Source: Octopus vulgaris (lineage: Eukaryota). Taken from it: 64,000 nt of DNA. The notes beneath the pieces are model-generated. The model saw nothing but the letters and a program-made list of their open reading frames with translations, was not told the origin of the DNA and ran no database searches. Position numbers and translations under genes: made by a program. Shown here piece after piece: positions 24,935 to 39,901 of this stretch. Position 1 is the first letter of the stretch; every line of letters starts with the position of its first letter. The stretch spans positions 39,308,001 through 39,372,000 of the forward strand of contig OX597819.1 of assembly GCA_951406725.2 (NCBI GenBank), given 5' to 3'.

Positions 24935-25051
24935 TACATACATACATACATACATGCATATATGTATCTACATTTCCCTCACAGATACCTACTCACACAT
25001 ATACATGCACTTACACACACACATATATATATACATACACATACATACACG

Positions 25052-25105
<54 letters not shown>

Positions 25106-25599
25106 CATACATACACACATACATATATATATATACATACACACATACATATACACATATACATGCATAAATGTGCACACACATATACGTTTAAACATAT
25201 CTCAAGACACACACTTATACACACATACATATGTGTGTATACATACCTACACAATTGTACTAACCTGTTCATATGTATATGTAGATGTATGTATGCATAC
25301 ATACAAATAAAAACACACACACGCATGCACATACGTATACATACAACCACACACACGCATGCACAAACGTATACATACAACCACACACACATACATACAT
25401 GCATGCATCACACACAGAGAGATACATATATACGCCTATACACACATACATATATACACACGTATATATAAAGTACATAAAGGAGTGTATACATATATGT
25501 AGTTCTCATTATTCTGGCGCTATTTTTCTGTGGATTTTTGGGACGATAGTTCCGGTGGTTTTGGTATTATTTTTTCTTCTGTTTCGGTTGGTATTTTCA

Positions 25600-26520
25600 G
25601 CCTGACGAAAATGTCCATTTTCTGTCTATAGTTTGAAGAAAGGGAATATTTTGAATTTCCTTTCCCCACAATTTTCGAAGTGTTCACTGCAAGTTGTGTT
25701 TCTAACGGAAGGATAATGGATTTGTTGTTTATGTACCCTTACTCTCTCATATAGTCCAATGCCCGTTTCACCAATGTAGTATTCTTTGCATTCGGGACAT
25801 GTGGCACAATATATTAGGTTTCTGGATTTACAATTCATATTTGCATTTATTTTAAAGGTGTTGCTGTCTTTGAAAATAATTTGTTCTTCTTCTTCAATGT
25901 AATCACACATTCCACAGCGAAGGTCACTCATTTTTTAACTCTCTTTATTGTTTCTTTAGTTGTAAATCTTGCTTGGGTTAAGATCTTTTTTTAGGTTGGG
26001 TGCTTGACGTCTGCTATAAATTATTTTTGAATCTGTTATTAATTTGTCCATTCTTGATGATTGTTGAAGAATTGACATGTATCTGTTTGCAGTATTGATG
26101 ATGTCGTGATTTCTTGGGTTGTCGGTGATGACAAAAGGAATGCTTTTTTTTTTATTCCTGTGTGTTTGTTTTATTTTATTTCTGTGTGTTTGTTTTGCTC
26201 TGATGCCTGTAATTGGGATGATTTTTGCTTTGGTAACTGCTGTGTCAATTAAACTAGAGGGATATTTTTGTTCTTTTGGAAATATTCTCAATTCCTGTAT
26301 TCTTTTATCCCTTAATTCTGCATTTGTTACTATAGTGCAAATTCGTTTTGCAATATTAAAGGGTATGTTTCTTTTGGTATGTGAGGAATGGAAGGAATGA
26401 AAGTTCAAATATTGATGTTTCTCTGCAGGTTTGTAGAAGAGATTTGTTTTATGGTGTTATTTTCTTTAATTAGAAGTATGTCTAAAATGGTATTTCCCTT
26501 GTGTGTTTTTCCCTGGTGAA
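25600..26520 (-). mobile_element. Degenerate Penelope-like element fragment (RT thumb plus GIY-YIG), frameshifted
   Basis: YLNFHSFH..HTKRNIPFNIAKRICTIV and RCGMC...CKSRNLIYCATCPECKEYYIGETG..LYERVRVH. Confidence 0.88.
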
Positions 26521-26538
26521 TTTTATTGAGGCATGTAA

Positions 26539-26598
<60 letters not shown>

Positions 26599-26982
26599 AA
26601 TAAAATAGAACATATGCATATATATAAACATATATGTACGTACCTACCTCTACATGTACATATACACGCATATATGTGTACAGGACACCAAAAAGACGTC
26701 GAACACATAGAGACGAAAAACATAGACACAAACCAAGGAACAGGACAAGCAAAAAAGAAAAAAAGAGAGATACAGGACAATAAGCACAACGAAAAATCCC
26801 CTTCTTCAGTCGCTAAGGTTTCATCTACTCTACGTTTCGAAGGATAAAAGCGAGACGTATACTTCGAAGAAACTTCCTTCCTGCGAAAAGCAAATCAATT
26901 AAAATTCTGAGATCTTTTCGCAGAGGGGTCAAAAATGGTTAAAAAAGCAAGACGGTAACGACAGTACAAACATATAAACAGT

Positions 26983-27018
<36 letters not shown>

Positions 27019-27034
27019 CATATATATATATATA

Positions 27035-27068
27035 TACTCTGAGTTTCTCGTTGCCGTTCATCAGCCAG
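27035..27068 (-). ncRNA. Hammerhead 5' cleavage product (canonical CUGAUGA) in a small palindromic cassette (27035-27132)
   Basis: CTGG-CTGATGA-ACG gcaa CGA-GAAA-CTCAGAG-TA followed directly by (TA)n. Confidence 0.7.
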
Positions 27069-27127
27069 TTTTTGCTAGAATGGAACCGATATATCAATTG
27101 ATATATCGGTTCCATTCTAGCAAAAAC

Positions 27128-27177
<50 letters not shown>

Positions 27178-27179
27178 GA

Positions 27180-28560
27180 AATCGAGGTGACTGGCACTAC
27201 CTTAAGGGATTGCGGAGGGGTTACAGGAGCAAAGATTAATCAGGACAAGTCGGTGGGTCTGCAGCTCGGCACCTGGAGAGGCAGGTCCATGCCAACCGAC
27301 AGCGTTGTAGGGCGCTGGACGGAAGAACTGATTAAACTGCTCGGGTTCTGGTTTGGTCCAGACCTCCAGGTGGCCAAGAACTATGAGGGAGGTGACGAGC
27401 AGGGTGGCCAATATCACCCAGAAATGGGCAGAGAGGAAGCTGTCCCTGAAGGGTCGGGAGGAGGTGGCGAATACATACACCACTTCCGTCATCTACTACC
27501 GCCTGACCGTCGCCTCTTGCTCCACTTCGTGGCTGATCAAACTGGAACGCTTCCTCTTCCGCTTTTTATGGAAGGGATGTCAGACGATCCTTCAACTGTC
27601 AATGGTCGCTAAATGGAGGACTGGACATCCCGTGGCTAATATTGCGCAGACATGCACTGAGGCTGTGACATCTCTAGCGAGCTTGGTTGCCATTTGTCGG
27701 ACGGGATTTTCCGTAGCTTGTCTAATTGACGGAGCTACAGTACTGGATCAAGCGTAAATAAAGAAAGGGCGCTTGGTACCCAGAGTGTCGGCAAGCGCTC
27801 ATAGTTTGTTGCCAGTCGGGCAACGACTGGCAACTATGGGATTCTATAGGGTATTAGCAGAGGGAAAGAGCGACGACATTCTCGGGGAAACTCTGGGCAT
27901 CGGGAGGGTTCAATTAACTAGTTTTTCTAGAGGACTTTCGGGTCGGGGCCTATAGATAACTTCCAGAAATCCCTGGCCTGGCAGTGCTACCGGGGAGCTC
28001 TGCTAGTTCGAGACAAGCTCTATAAACACGGAAGTGCTGTCAAGCGAACCTGTCCAAGATGTGCGCAAGGCGACGAAACCGTCCTGCATGCACTCGTCCA
28101 GTACCCGGCATTACTGACTTGTGGAGCTTTGTCGAACAGCCGTTGACGCGTGTATGATGGATCCGATTATCAACCGAGTCCATCGTAAAGATCGCTCCGC
28201 CGCTTTCTTTTGGCTGGGAAGGAAGGGCAGTTTTCCTCTGTCTGGTGGCTGTGGCAAAGGATGCACAATAGTGGACGAGACTGGAAGAACTGACGACAGA
28301 TACTTTCCTCTTAGGCCAAGCCCTCATTGAATTTTTCAAATTCCACTTGAAAAGGGAATTGAGGGTGGAGAGGGAAGTACTTCCCCACCTCAACCACCAA
28401 TATTTTGGTCGAAAGGTGGATGAATGTGACGAAGGCGGCTCATCTGAATGGGCCTACTCTGAACATTCGCTTAGAAACTGGAAGAGTTGAGAAGGAGAGG
28501 CACCTGTTGAAGTGCACTTGGTGGTCAGAATAACTTGAGTGTGTGGGGTTCCTCGGTTGC
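27180..28560 (+). mobile_element. L1/Tx1-like LINE 3' fragment, decayed ORF2
   Basis: GAKINQDKSVGLQLGTW...KLLGFWFG, KWAERKLSLKGR..VANTY..SVIYY, CPRC...ETVLHAL zinc-finger remnants. Confidence 0.8.
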
Positions 28561-28712
28561 TCGTAGGATGGACTCCCTCCTTTTGGGGTGCTAACTGCTA
28601 TTTTTGAACGACTTTGTACTAAGCCCTTCTTGTTCCTTGTGTTGCATCGTTCCTAAGTGTTTTGTGTTCAGCCGTTGTGACCAATAAAAAAAGCATAACA
28701 ACAACAACAACA

Positions 28713-28783
<71 letters not shown>

Positions 28784-29763
28784 TATTATTATATCTTCTT
28801 TTCTCCTTCTCTTCCACTTCCTATAGTAATGCATTTTCTCACGTACTCCACAATACTATTTACCTATTTCTGATCGTTTCTTTTCTAAATCTTCAACAAT
28901 GAGAAATAAATAAATATAAAAAAATGTATATATGTTTATAGAAAGTATAATTTATAGCATATATGAATGTATTCATACATTCAATATACATTTCGATTTA
29001 AATTCAAAAGTGAACTGGAAGACACTCTGTATAGGTATTATATTACGTTTGTAAAACTAGGTGACTTCACCCTGAAATGATAATGTCTGGGAAGGAAAAC
29101 TTTTATTGAACAATTAATTTCAATAGCGATATTCAATTTTAAAGGTTCGTTTAAATTAATGTCGATATATTACCTGTGTACCGGAATCCCGGATCTGTAC
29201 AGCATTCAACTTTATAACAATGTAATCTTCAAGTTATTTCTGTTTTATTCTTGCTTTCAATTTAGGAAGTTTGTCTGTAAACTTCTTGTTTCTATATAAC
29301 ATATTTCTTTCGCACAGTAAATAGGTTTCTACTGTTTTTTTTTATACAATTTTTCTTTTCTATAGTAAAGAGGTTCAATTTCAATTTCGGTGCAGTGTCA
29401 AACGAATAACAAACTATGGGAGAGGAAAAGGTGCAACACTGTTAAAGAAGGAAAAGAGACGACGTATAAAAGATAGAGACGCACCTAAGGTTTCTTACAA
29501 ACCTTAGAGAAAAGATTACAAAATCAAGATAATAACAGAAGCTGAATAAGAAGTAAAAGTCGCGTGAAAATACGGGTCAATCGTCACCGAATCAAGAGGC
29601 ACGCTGGAAAAGAGAGTATTTTTCCTAAAATAGGTGACTTCCCCGATAAGCAAAGCAGCCATTTGGAGCTCAATAAATTTGAGAATTTGATATGACGCCT
29701 TTCTTACAATACTTACTATTTTTAAGATAGCGAGTTAGCACTGTATACAAGCATGCATACATA

Positions 29764-29832
<69 letters not shown>

Positions 29833-29890
29833 GGTGTGTATGTATGTACGTGTGTTTATACATATATGGATACATATGTATATGTATGTG

Positions 29891-29921
<31 letters not shown>

Positions 29922-31058
29922 ACATATATATGCATAGGTACACACATACATAACTGCACATTCACACACATATACAGGCATACATATACGCATAAACATA
30001 CGTTTATGCATGAACGTATGTAAATGGAGAAAATGTGCATGTATATACACACATACACACATATATATATATACACACGCACACATACATGTACACACAT
30101 ACATATACATATGTATCCTTATAGGTATAAACACACGTACATACATACACACCCACATACATGAATATGCATATACACACTTTAGAAAAAACCACACTCA
30201 CTCGCACACACACACACACACCCGTACTCACACTTAACATATAAAAAAAAAACTTCTAATTTACCCTCAACCTTCAAACACATGTTCGTTTCCTCCCCCA
30301 TTTAATTTTTCCTACAGTTAAAATTCCCCGCATTATTTTCCCAATATTTTAAACATATTATTATTTTTCGAAAAAAAAACAAACAAACTTTTGTTTAGAA
30401 TTTATTTTCAATTTTAAAATTTATTCCTATATTTTTTTCCTTCATTTTATGAAATTCTTTTGTTTGAGCAACGAAAATTAAACTTGATTTTTGTTTTTAC
30501 TTCTCCTAAACCTAACTACTTTTCTATTAAGTTGGAATTAATTATAATATAGTTATTTAAACTCTCACTCATTTAATAACCCTTTCTCCTCATCCACCAT
30601 TGATTAACTCCGCTGTTGCCTACCGACTCCCCCGCCAATGCTGGTCGTATTTTCAACTTATTACGTCTAATTAGACTCATTTCCCACTTACCTTTATTTG
30701 TTGTAAAGATCTTCAGTTTCTTTCTTTCTCTTTTCTCCCCTCTCGCTCTGTCACGCCCAAGTCCTTTTCCCTCTGTCTCTCAATCTCTATGTTCTCTTAT
30801 TTTATCTCTAAAAACCTTCACTCCATGTGTGCGCGCCACTATGTATGTATGTATGTATGTATGTATGTATGTATGTATGTATGTATGTATGTATGTATAG
30901 ATAGATAGATAGATAGAAAGATAGATTGATAGGTAAATAGATATAGATTTACATACATACGTATATATCTATATATGTATGTGTGTGTATGTATGTATGT
31001 ATGTATGTATGTATGTATGTATGTATGTATGTATGTATGTATGTATGTATGTTTGTAT

Positions 31059-31108
<50 letters not shown>

Positions 31109-31189
31109 TATTTAAAGCAGCAGAAATATAAAAAAAGCTGTTACTCAGAGTTTCACGTTCCCGTTCGTTGGACAGTTTTTTTAACAAAA

Positions 31190-31227
31190 CTGTCCGACGA
31201 ACGGGATCGTGAAACTCTGAGTAACAG
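31190..31227 (+). ncRNA. Hammerhead-like motif (CCGACGA core), with an inverted twin at 31138-31175
   Basis: CTGT-CCGACGA-ACG ggat CGT-GAAA-CTCTGAG-TA|ACAG; same family as 27035. Confidence 0.7.
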
Positions 31228-31304
31228 CTTTTGTTATATTTCTGCTACTTTTAAATAAAGCATATTACTCTACCTCTGGTATTTGAGTACTCATTTTTCC
31301 ATCT

Positions 31305-31359
<55 letters not shown>

Positions 31360-31387
31360 GTATGTATTATGTGCCTGTATATATATA

Positions 31388-31437
<50 letters not shown>

Positions 31438-31894
31438 CACATATATATAAGCTACCTTAATATATATATACTATTAATATTAGGTACGCGCGCACGCACA
31501 CACACATATACACACACATATGCACACACATACACACAAATATACACACACACACACAATCACACATCCGTTTTTGCCTCGCTGGCAATGCGAACATTCG
31601 ACTCAGGGGCAGATCACTCCAACTTCCACAGCCTAAACCACAGTTACAGAGTCCCGTTAACATGCCCCGAGGCAACCCAAGAAAAATAAAACCAACAAAA
31701 AAAAAAAAAAACAAAAAAACAAAAACAAAACAAAAGAAATTTCCTCCAACTTTTTACCATTTTTGAAATCAAAAGTGCAGACTTTAAACCATCCTGCTTA
31801 CATCATACTTCTCCACACTTGCACTTCCTTCAAGTTCACACCAACCCTCTCCATTTCAACCACGACACGCTTCTTCCCACTCTATTATTATTAA

Positions 31895-31961
<67 letters not shown>

Positions 31962-32157
31962 TTTAGTTCTTTTACCTCCGTAAGTTTTCTCCGCCTCCGT
32001 TACATCATCATATACGCTTTCTTTTATTTTCCGTCTATCTAACTGTCTCCCTGCTTGACTGCCTGTCGGTCTGTCTTGCCTTTCTAGCTTTCTAACTTAC
32101 CTCTTTCCTCCCTTCTCTCTTTCGTTCTCTTCCCGTTTGCTGCTAGATGCGGGTAGT

Positions 32158-33112
<955 letters not shown>

Positions 33113-33197
33113 TAAGAGACAGAGAATTCTGAAAAATCAATTAAGCAGTATCTGGTCCTGTATTTTGATGGTGATGTTGGAATATATATATATATGA

Positions 33198-33228
<31 letters not shown>

Positions 33229-33819
33229 CACACAACACACACACACATGAGAATTTTATAAACTTTCGAGAGAATGTGAAATAACCTTTTTGGAATAGGA
33301 GATCTCGAGGTGCAGCTTATAAAGTTATATATGTATCTATGTATATGTGTTTTTGTTTTTGTGGTATTTGTCTCCCATCACTGCCTGACAACCGGTGTTG
33401 GTTTGTTTGCGTCGACGCAAGCTGGCGCTTCGGCAAAAGATACCGATATAAAAAATGTCTAGTACTCATTATAGAAAACTAATCTTGTCTGATCGAAATA
33501 TTAGACTCACATATATGATACCCTACTGTATATGTAGTCCTTTGTCTATCTTACTGTTTCATAAATGTTAAGCTCAGTATATCGAAGTTTGGAAGCACTC
33601 ATCAGTCATACAGTACTCCCAAAACAACTTGTATCACACGATGGTTCTTATCTATTTGATGAGTTAAACTTTATAACACGTTTGGAGAACAACAACGTCC
33701 TTGCTTACAGGTTTCGAATGGGTCACTCGTTGCATCATTACATTTACTAGACTGACGAGTGAGTGCGGAGCCAAATCACAGGGATTTTTTGTTCAAAAAC
33801 ATGTTTATTATTCTTTTCT

Positions 33820-34905
33820 TTTCTACTCTAGGTACAAGGCCCGAAATTTTTGGGGATGGGGCCAGTCGATTAGATCGACCCCAGTACACAACTTGTACTT
33901 AATTTATCGACCCCGAAAGGATGAAAGACAGACGAAATACCTATTTCTTTACTACCCACGAGGGGCTAAACATAGAGTGGACAGACAAAAGGAATTAAGT
34001 CGATTATATCGACCCCAGTGCGTAACTGGTACTTAATTTATCGACCTCAAAAGGATGAAAGGCAAAGTCGACCTCAGTGGAATTTGAACTCAGAACGTAA
34101 AGACAGACGAAATACCTATTTCTTTACTACCCACAAGGGGCTAAACACAGAGAGGACAAACAAGGACACAAACAGATTAAGTCGAGTATATCGATCCCAG
34201 TGCGTAACTGGTACTTATTTAATCGACCCCGAAAGGATGAAAGACAAAGTCGACCTCGGTGGAATTGAACTCAGAACATAAAGACAGACGAAATACCTAT
34301 TCCTTTACTACCCACGAGGGGCTAAACACAGAGGGGACAAACAAGGACAGACACACGGGTTAAGTCGATTATATCGATCCCAGTGCGTAACTGGTACTTA
34401 TTTAATCGAAAGTATGATAGGCAAAGTCGACCTCGGCGGAATATGAACTCAGAACATAGCGGCAGACCGGTAGACGAAATACCTATTTCTTTACTACCCA
34501 CAAGGGGCTAAACACAGAGAGGACAAACAAGGACAGACGAACGGGTTAAGTCGATTATATCGATCCCAGTGCGTAACTTGTACTTATTTAATCGACAGTA
34601 TGATAGGCAAAGTCGACCTCGGTGGAATTTGAACTCAGAACATAGCGGCAGACCGGTAGACGAAATACCTATTTCTTTACTACCCACAAGGGGCTAAACA
34701 CAGAGAGGACAAACAAGGACAGACTAACGGATTAAGTCGATTATTTCGACCCCAGTGCGTAACTGGTACTTTAATTTATCGACCCCGAAAGGATGAAAGG
34801 TAAAGTCGACCTCGGCGGAATTTGAACTCAGAACATAGCGGCAGACCGGTAGACGAAATACCGGTAAACATTTCGCCCGGTGTGCTAAACATTTCGCCGC
34901 CTCTT
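33820..34905 (-). repeat. Tandem array of SINE family B (one head-bearing unit plus head-truncated units of 175-186 bp)
   Basis: Recurrent junction GACGAAATAC|CTATT at about 33940, 34115, 34296, 34482 and 34668. Confidence 0.88.
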
Positions 34906-36252
34906 TATTCAAAAGCATCTGTTTATTGGTTCGGTTCTATCACCGATGTTTAAACTTCACTCCCGCACACATCGAGTATTCTGATTTACAAAACTGGGAC
35001 GACCGCTATTCAATAAATAACTCAGTACATTTTAATACGTAGAGTCAATTTCTGTATAAAATTTAATTTGACATTAATTCTGTTATATAAAGCATCAATA
35101 AATTCAATGAATAATATCAGTTCAATTTTTCTTCTCTGAAAAAGCTTACCTATCTGTGGCTCAATACTGAAAAATAACTGTGGGAAAGATTTGACCTTTC
35201 AGCTTAGAAAACGACTGAGAACAACAAATGTATGAAAAAAAAAAAAATGATTGATTGAAAAAGAAAGGGAAGAAAAGAAAGAAAAATATCTAAGATTTTA
35301 AAATTTTATCGAAAAAAATTAAGAATAAAAAAAAATACAAAATTACTTCAACAAGGAAAGTATTTATTCTACAAGTGAGCACATGTGTTTCAATTCATAT
35401 TTCGGGACCTCACCACGAACGGTTTATTACGCACACGAAGGACTTGCAAACAATTTTGAGTTACTAAGCTTTATTTACAAAGCACTGGTCGCTTCGAGGC
35501 TGTGGTAGCGGACTCTTGACCAGGTTTCTGTGCTTATGGCATCAATTCTGGAGCTATACCTTGCTGAACTGAACCATTGTTTCTCAACCTTTTGTAACTC
35601 AGCATCCTCTTTCACGAACGACCCCATCTCATGTTCTGCAAAAATAAATAAATAAATAAATAATAATAAAATAATAAAAGTAAAAATAGAATTTTAAAAA
35701 ATAAATAAAAAGTAAAAGAATTAACGAAGCAGAAGCTCATTGTGTGCAACGGTTTATTATTATCTAATATTTCTTATACTATACCAGCATCTGGTTCAAT
35801 TTTTGATAGTTGCACGCTTTAGTATCTGGTCATGCTTATTTCTTTTTTATGGATATTACTTAAGTGGATGAAGGCCTACATTATCTTTTCTACTATAGGC
35901 ACACGGCCTGAAATTTTGGGGAAGGGGATCGGTCGATTTTATCAACTCCAGTATTTGATTGGTACTTATTTTATCAACTCAAAAAGGATGAAAGGCAAAA
36001 TCGATCTGGGCGAAATTTGAACTCAGAACGTGAAGCGGAAAGAAATGCAAGTAAACATTTTATCTAGTGTGTAGCATTAATTAATCAATTTTGGGGGAAA
36101 TTTGAGTGTTGTTACAAGCCAATCGAGCCATAGTGCAGAGGTTCCCTCGATGGGTCGAAAAATGATTAGTTGTTTTCCGGTATAGACACTAAGGTTCATG
36201 ATTATATAGGTAGGTGGAAAAGGAAAGCGAACTTGTGTGATATTCGTGCTTC

Positions 36253-36670
36253 GGATCTTTTCGGTTTGAACGGCAGTTTTTAACATAATTTCTAGGTAAC
36301 TAAAAAATTTTAAACTTTGTATACTGGTAGAATGTGTTTATAAAACATCTTTTTCTCTTGGCTTTATTGAGAAAATTCTATAGTCTGTAAGATATTTATT
36401 GTATTTTTCTTCAATTTCTGCAATTTCAACCAATCACTGACGTCTATTGAGGTAAAAAACACTGTGCCGTATGAATATGTCCCTCGTTTAAGAAACAGAT
36501 TGGGTTTACGTACATTTGTGAAGAAAAAAAGATACCATTCCCCCCACCCCAACCCTAACCTTAACCCTAAAACAGATTGAAATGCAATAGATCGATACTT
36601 GGGTCATAATTATGGGTGACAATTTCATATGACACCGCTAGAAAAACTGCCGTTCAAACTGAAAAGATCC
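36253..36670 (+). mobile_element. MITE family M, copy 5
   Basis: Both TIRs present; TSD CGTGCTTC at 36245-36252 and 36671-36678. Confidence 0.92.
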
Positions 36671-36964
36671 CGTGCTTCTCTAAAAAGGCATGAGTACTAT
36701 ATGCATAACAAGAAATGATTTCCATCTGGAAATGGAATTTGCAAAATACCTTTGCTTTGTAGCAGAACGACGACGACCGAAACCACCATCACCACCACCA
36801 CTGTAGTCTTGAATATACAAAAAGACGGGATGGTTATGGTTAGGACATCATTACTCGCAGGTCTGCTCGGTCAGAGTTGACTTAAGCGTAAACAACACCA
36901 ATATCATCATCACAATACTACCACCAAGACCACCACCATCACCTCCACCGATACCACCACCACC

Positions 36965-36996
<32 letters not shown>

Positions 36997-37332
36997 CAAC
37001 AACAATATCAAAGAGAGCACCGGAACTGTCCTGTACCGGATTCGACCGACAATCAAATCTGTTTTACTCTTGATAGCAGGCATCCGACATTTGGCCAGAA
37101 GCTGGTGGTTAATGATCATTGACCACTGGACGAAAGTGAGATAATTACTTCTTGCAGTCGCTCCCGCTCCTCAGTCACATCCAAATAACTCCCTACCATT
37201 CTTCAACAATATTCGTTATAAAACGTTTTGATTTTAATGGTGTAAATGTTGTATTTCTTAAAATGTGTATACATTATCTTACACACACACACACACACGC
37301 GTGCGTACACACATACACACACATATATATAA

Positions 37333-37390
<58 letters not shown>

Positions 37391-37565
37391 CTGATGGCAA
37401 AGCTTTGTGGTAAGAAGGTTTCTTCCCAATCACATTGCTCTAGTCTCAGTCTCACTGCGTGGTACCATAGGCAAGAGTCTTCTATTAAAGTCCCTGGACG
37501 ACCAAAGTCCCTAGACGACCAAAGTCCTCTGAGTGGATTTGGTTGACGGAAAATGAAAGACCGTC

Positions 37566-37693
<128 letters not shown>

Positions 37694-38015
37694 CACGAGA
37701 AAATAATTCACTAGAAAAATAAATCATGAAAAAATAATTTGAAATGGTATCATTGACTCTATTATTATCTAGTGTAACAATTTAAAAATGGTAATAACGG
37801 AATCAATAATATAGGCGATTGCAGGCCCCAAAAAGGCATTAAATAGCTGAAGGTTTAAAATTGGTCAAAGGACATACTAAGTATGTCTATCTGTTGGAAA
37901 TATCAGACAAAAGTCTTATTTAAATTGCCAAAATACACTAATAACTACAGAAATCAACCGTCTGATGGCAAACGGGCCAAAACAATCTCTCAGCATACAT
38001 TCAAGTATTTGGATT

Positions 38016-38068
38016 CACGTAGACCGGTTTCTGGACCGGCATAATAGCCTCACCTTCCTCAGCATGCG
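38016..38068 (-). ncRNA. Type I hammerhead inside a 478-bp monomer with terminal direct repeat
   Basis: CGCATG-CTGAGGA-A-GG tga GGC tattat GCC ggt CC-A-GAAA-CCGGTC|TACGTG; palindromic ACCGGT, GUC triplet. Confidence 0.68.
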
Positions 38069-38439
38069 TTACCATGATAAAGAGCCCCAACCTGTCATGT
38101 TGAAGTCTGCGCTGCAACTGATTCGTTTTGTGCTGAATCATGGCAGCTACCAATGTGAAAATAACTTCAATATAGAGCAAATAATTCACGAGAAAAATAA
38201 ATCACGAAAAAAATAATTTGCGAAGATACCATTGACTCTATTATTATCTAGTGTAACAATTCAAAAATAATAATAACAGAATCAATAATATAGGCGATTG
38301 CAAACCCCCAAAAGCATTAATTAGCTGAAGGATTAAAATTAATCCTTCATATATATATATATTCATACACACACACACACACACTACGGGCTTCCTTTAT
38401 TTTCCGTCATATATACGAGTATATGATGTATATATAGTA

Positions 38440-38522
<83 letters not shown>

Positions 38523-39901
38523 ATTTATATATATGTCTTAACAGAAGAAGATTTTTACTGTGTTTGATTTCATTTTTATTCATTATACGACTCTATGTCC
38601 TGTTCAAGCTAGCCAGTCCCGAATCCTTTCACACGGATACTATAACAAGGATTTGGTGTGGTGTTTTCCATTCGACCCGAATCGCAAATTCTTGTAACGT
38701 GTGTCGCTTCTTAGAATAACACGAATTATGTATGTTCATATTTGTGTTCGTATGTATTTGTATTTGTCCCACACTGCAACTTGACACCCAGTGTTGTATT
38801 GTTTACGTCCAAATAACTTAGCGCTTCGGCACAAGATATCGATAAAATAAGTAGAAAGCTTTAAAAAACAAATACTGGCGTCGATTCACTCGACTAATAC
38901 ACTTCAAGACAGTGCCCTAACATGGTAGCAGTCCAAAGACCGAAACAAGTGAAAGATAAGACGCAAATATCTTGGACTGCGTCCAGAGTAAGACCCTACG
39001 ACTGATTGGCAAATAATCACCCACAGGCACATTCAATCCCTTAGTTTATTACTTTTACGACGAATTGATGAAGCATTAAGGCGTCAGTCAAAAAAACCTT
39101 ACGGTATTTATTTCCGATTCTTTATGTTCTTCGCTTTTCATCCTCCCAACTTCGCTTTTCCTCCCGCCAACTTCGCTTTTCTTCCTCCCAAAATCGACAT
39201 AAAACGCCAGTCAAGCAGTGGAGTCAAATCGCCTGTTCTCACTCCCTTAATTTCTGGTTTTTGAGCTGATGTAAGAAATTTTTTCCTTCAGATGCACCTA
39301 CCTACTTCTTGTAGCATATATCCATGTCACATTGTGGTTTGCGGGTCAGTGCTTTACAGATGGTCGAGAACTAAATTGGCCGTGACACTCTGCGGAATTT
39401 CGTTCGTCTTTACGTTCTGGGTTCAAATTCCGCAGAGGTCAACATTTGCCTTTCATCTTTTCGGAGTCTATGAAATAAGTACCAGTTGCGCACAAGGGAT
39501 AAATGTAATTGACTAACCACTTTCCCCACCATTTCAAGCCTTGTGCCTATAGAAAGGAATACTTGATTGAAGCTTATAACTCATTCACCAATTTAACATC
39601 CCTGCCTCTGGTTTACTGCTGCTTACACCACTGAACTTAATCACCTCATGGAACACACTCACAGCCAGGTGGATTAGGCTATTGAGAAGTAACTATCTTT
39701 TTAGTTTGTGATACGAATCCTGCCATTCCCGTGTTCAATAATATATTGTTAAGTTTAATCATATATTGTTAACAACCTATCAGAAACACAAAGAACACTT
39801 TGAGGAATGCAGTCCAGGGTGTACTGTGACTGAAAATAAGATGATGAAATGGCCTTGAAAGGAATGTTTTCCTTCTTTCGAGCAAAAAGGAAGCCTTAGG
39901 T

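Noticed and set aside
29830-30160. Inverted repeat within the compound TA/CA microsatellite (about 29832-29892 versus 30092-30153)
   Set aside because: Real but low-complexity; no ends, TSD or motif to support an element call.
33820-34905. CRISPR-like array
   Set aside because: Eukaryotic context, no unique spacers; the units are SINE bodies.
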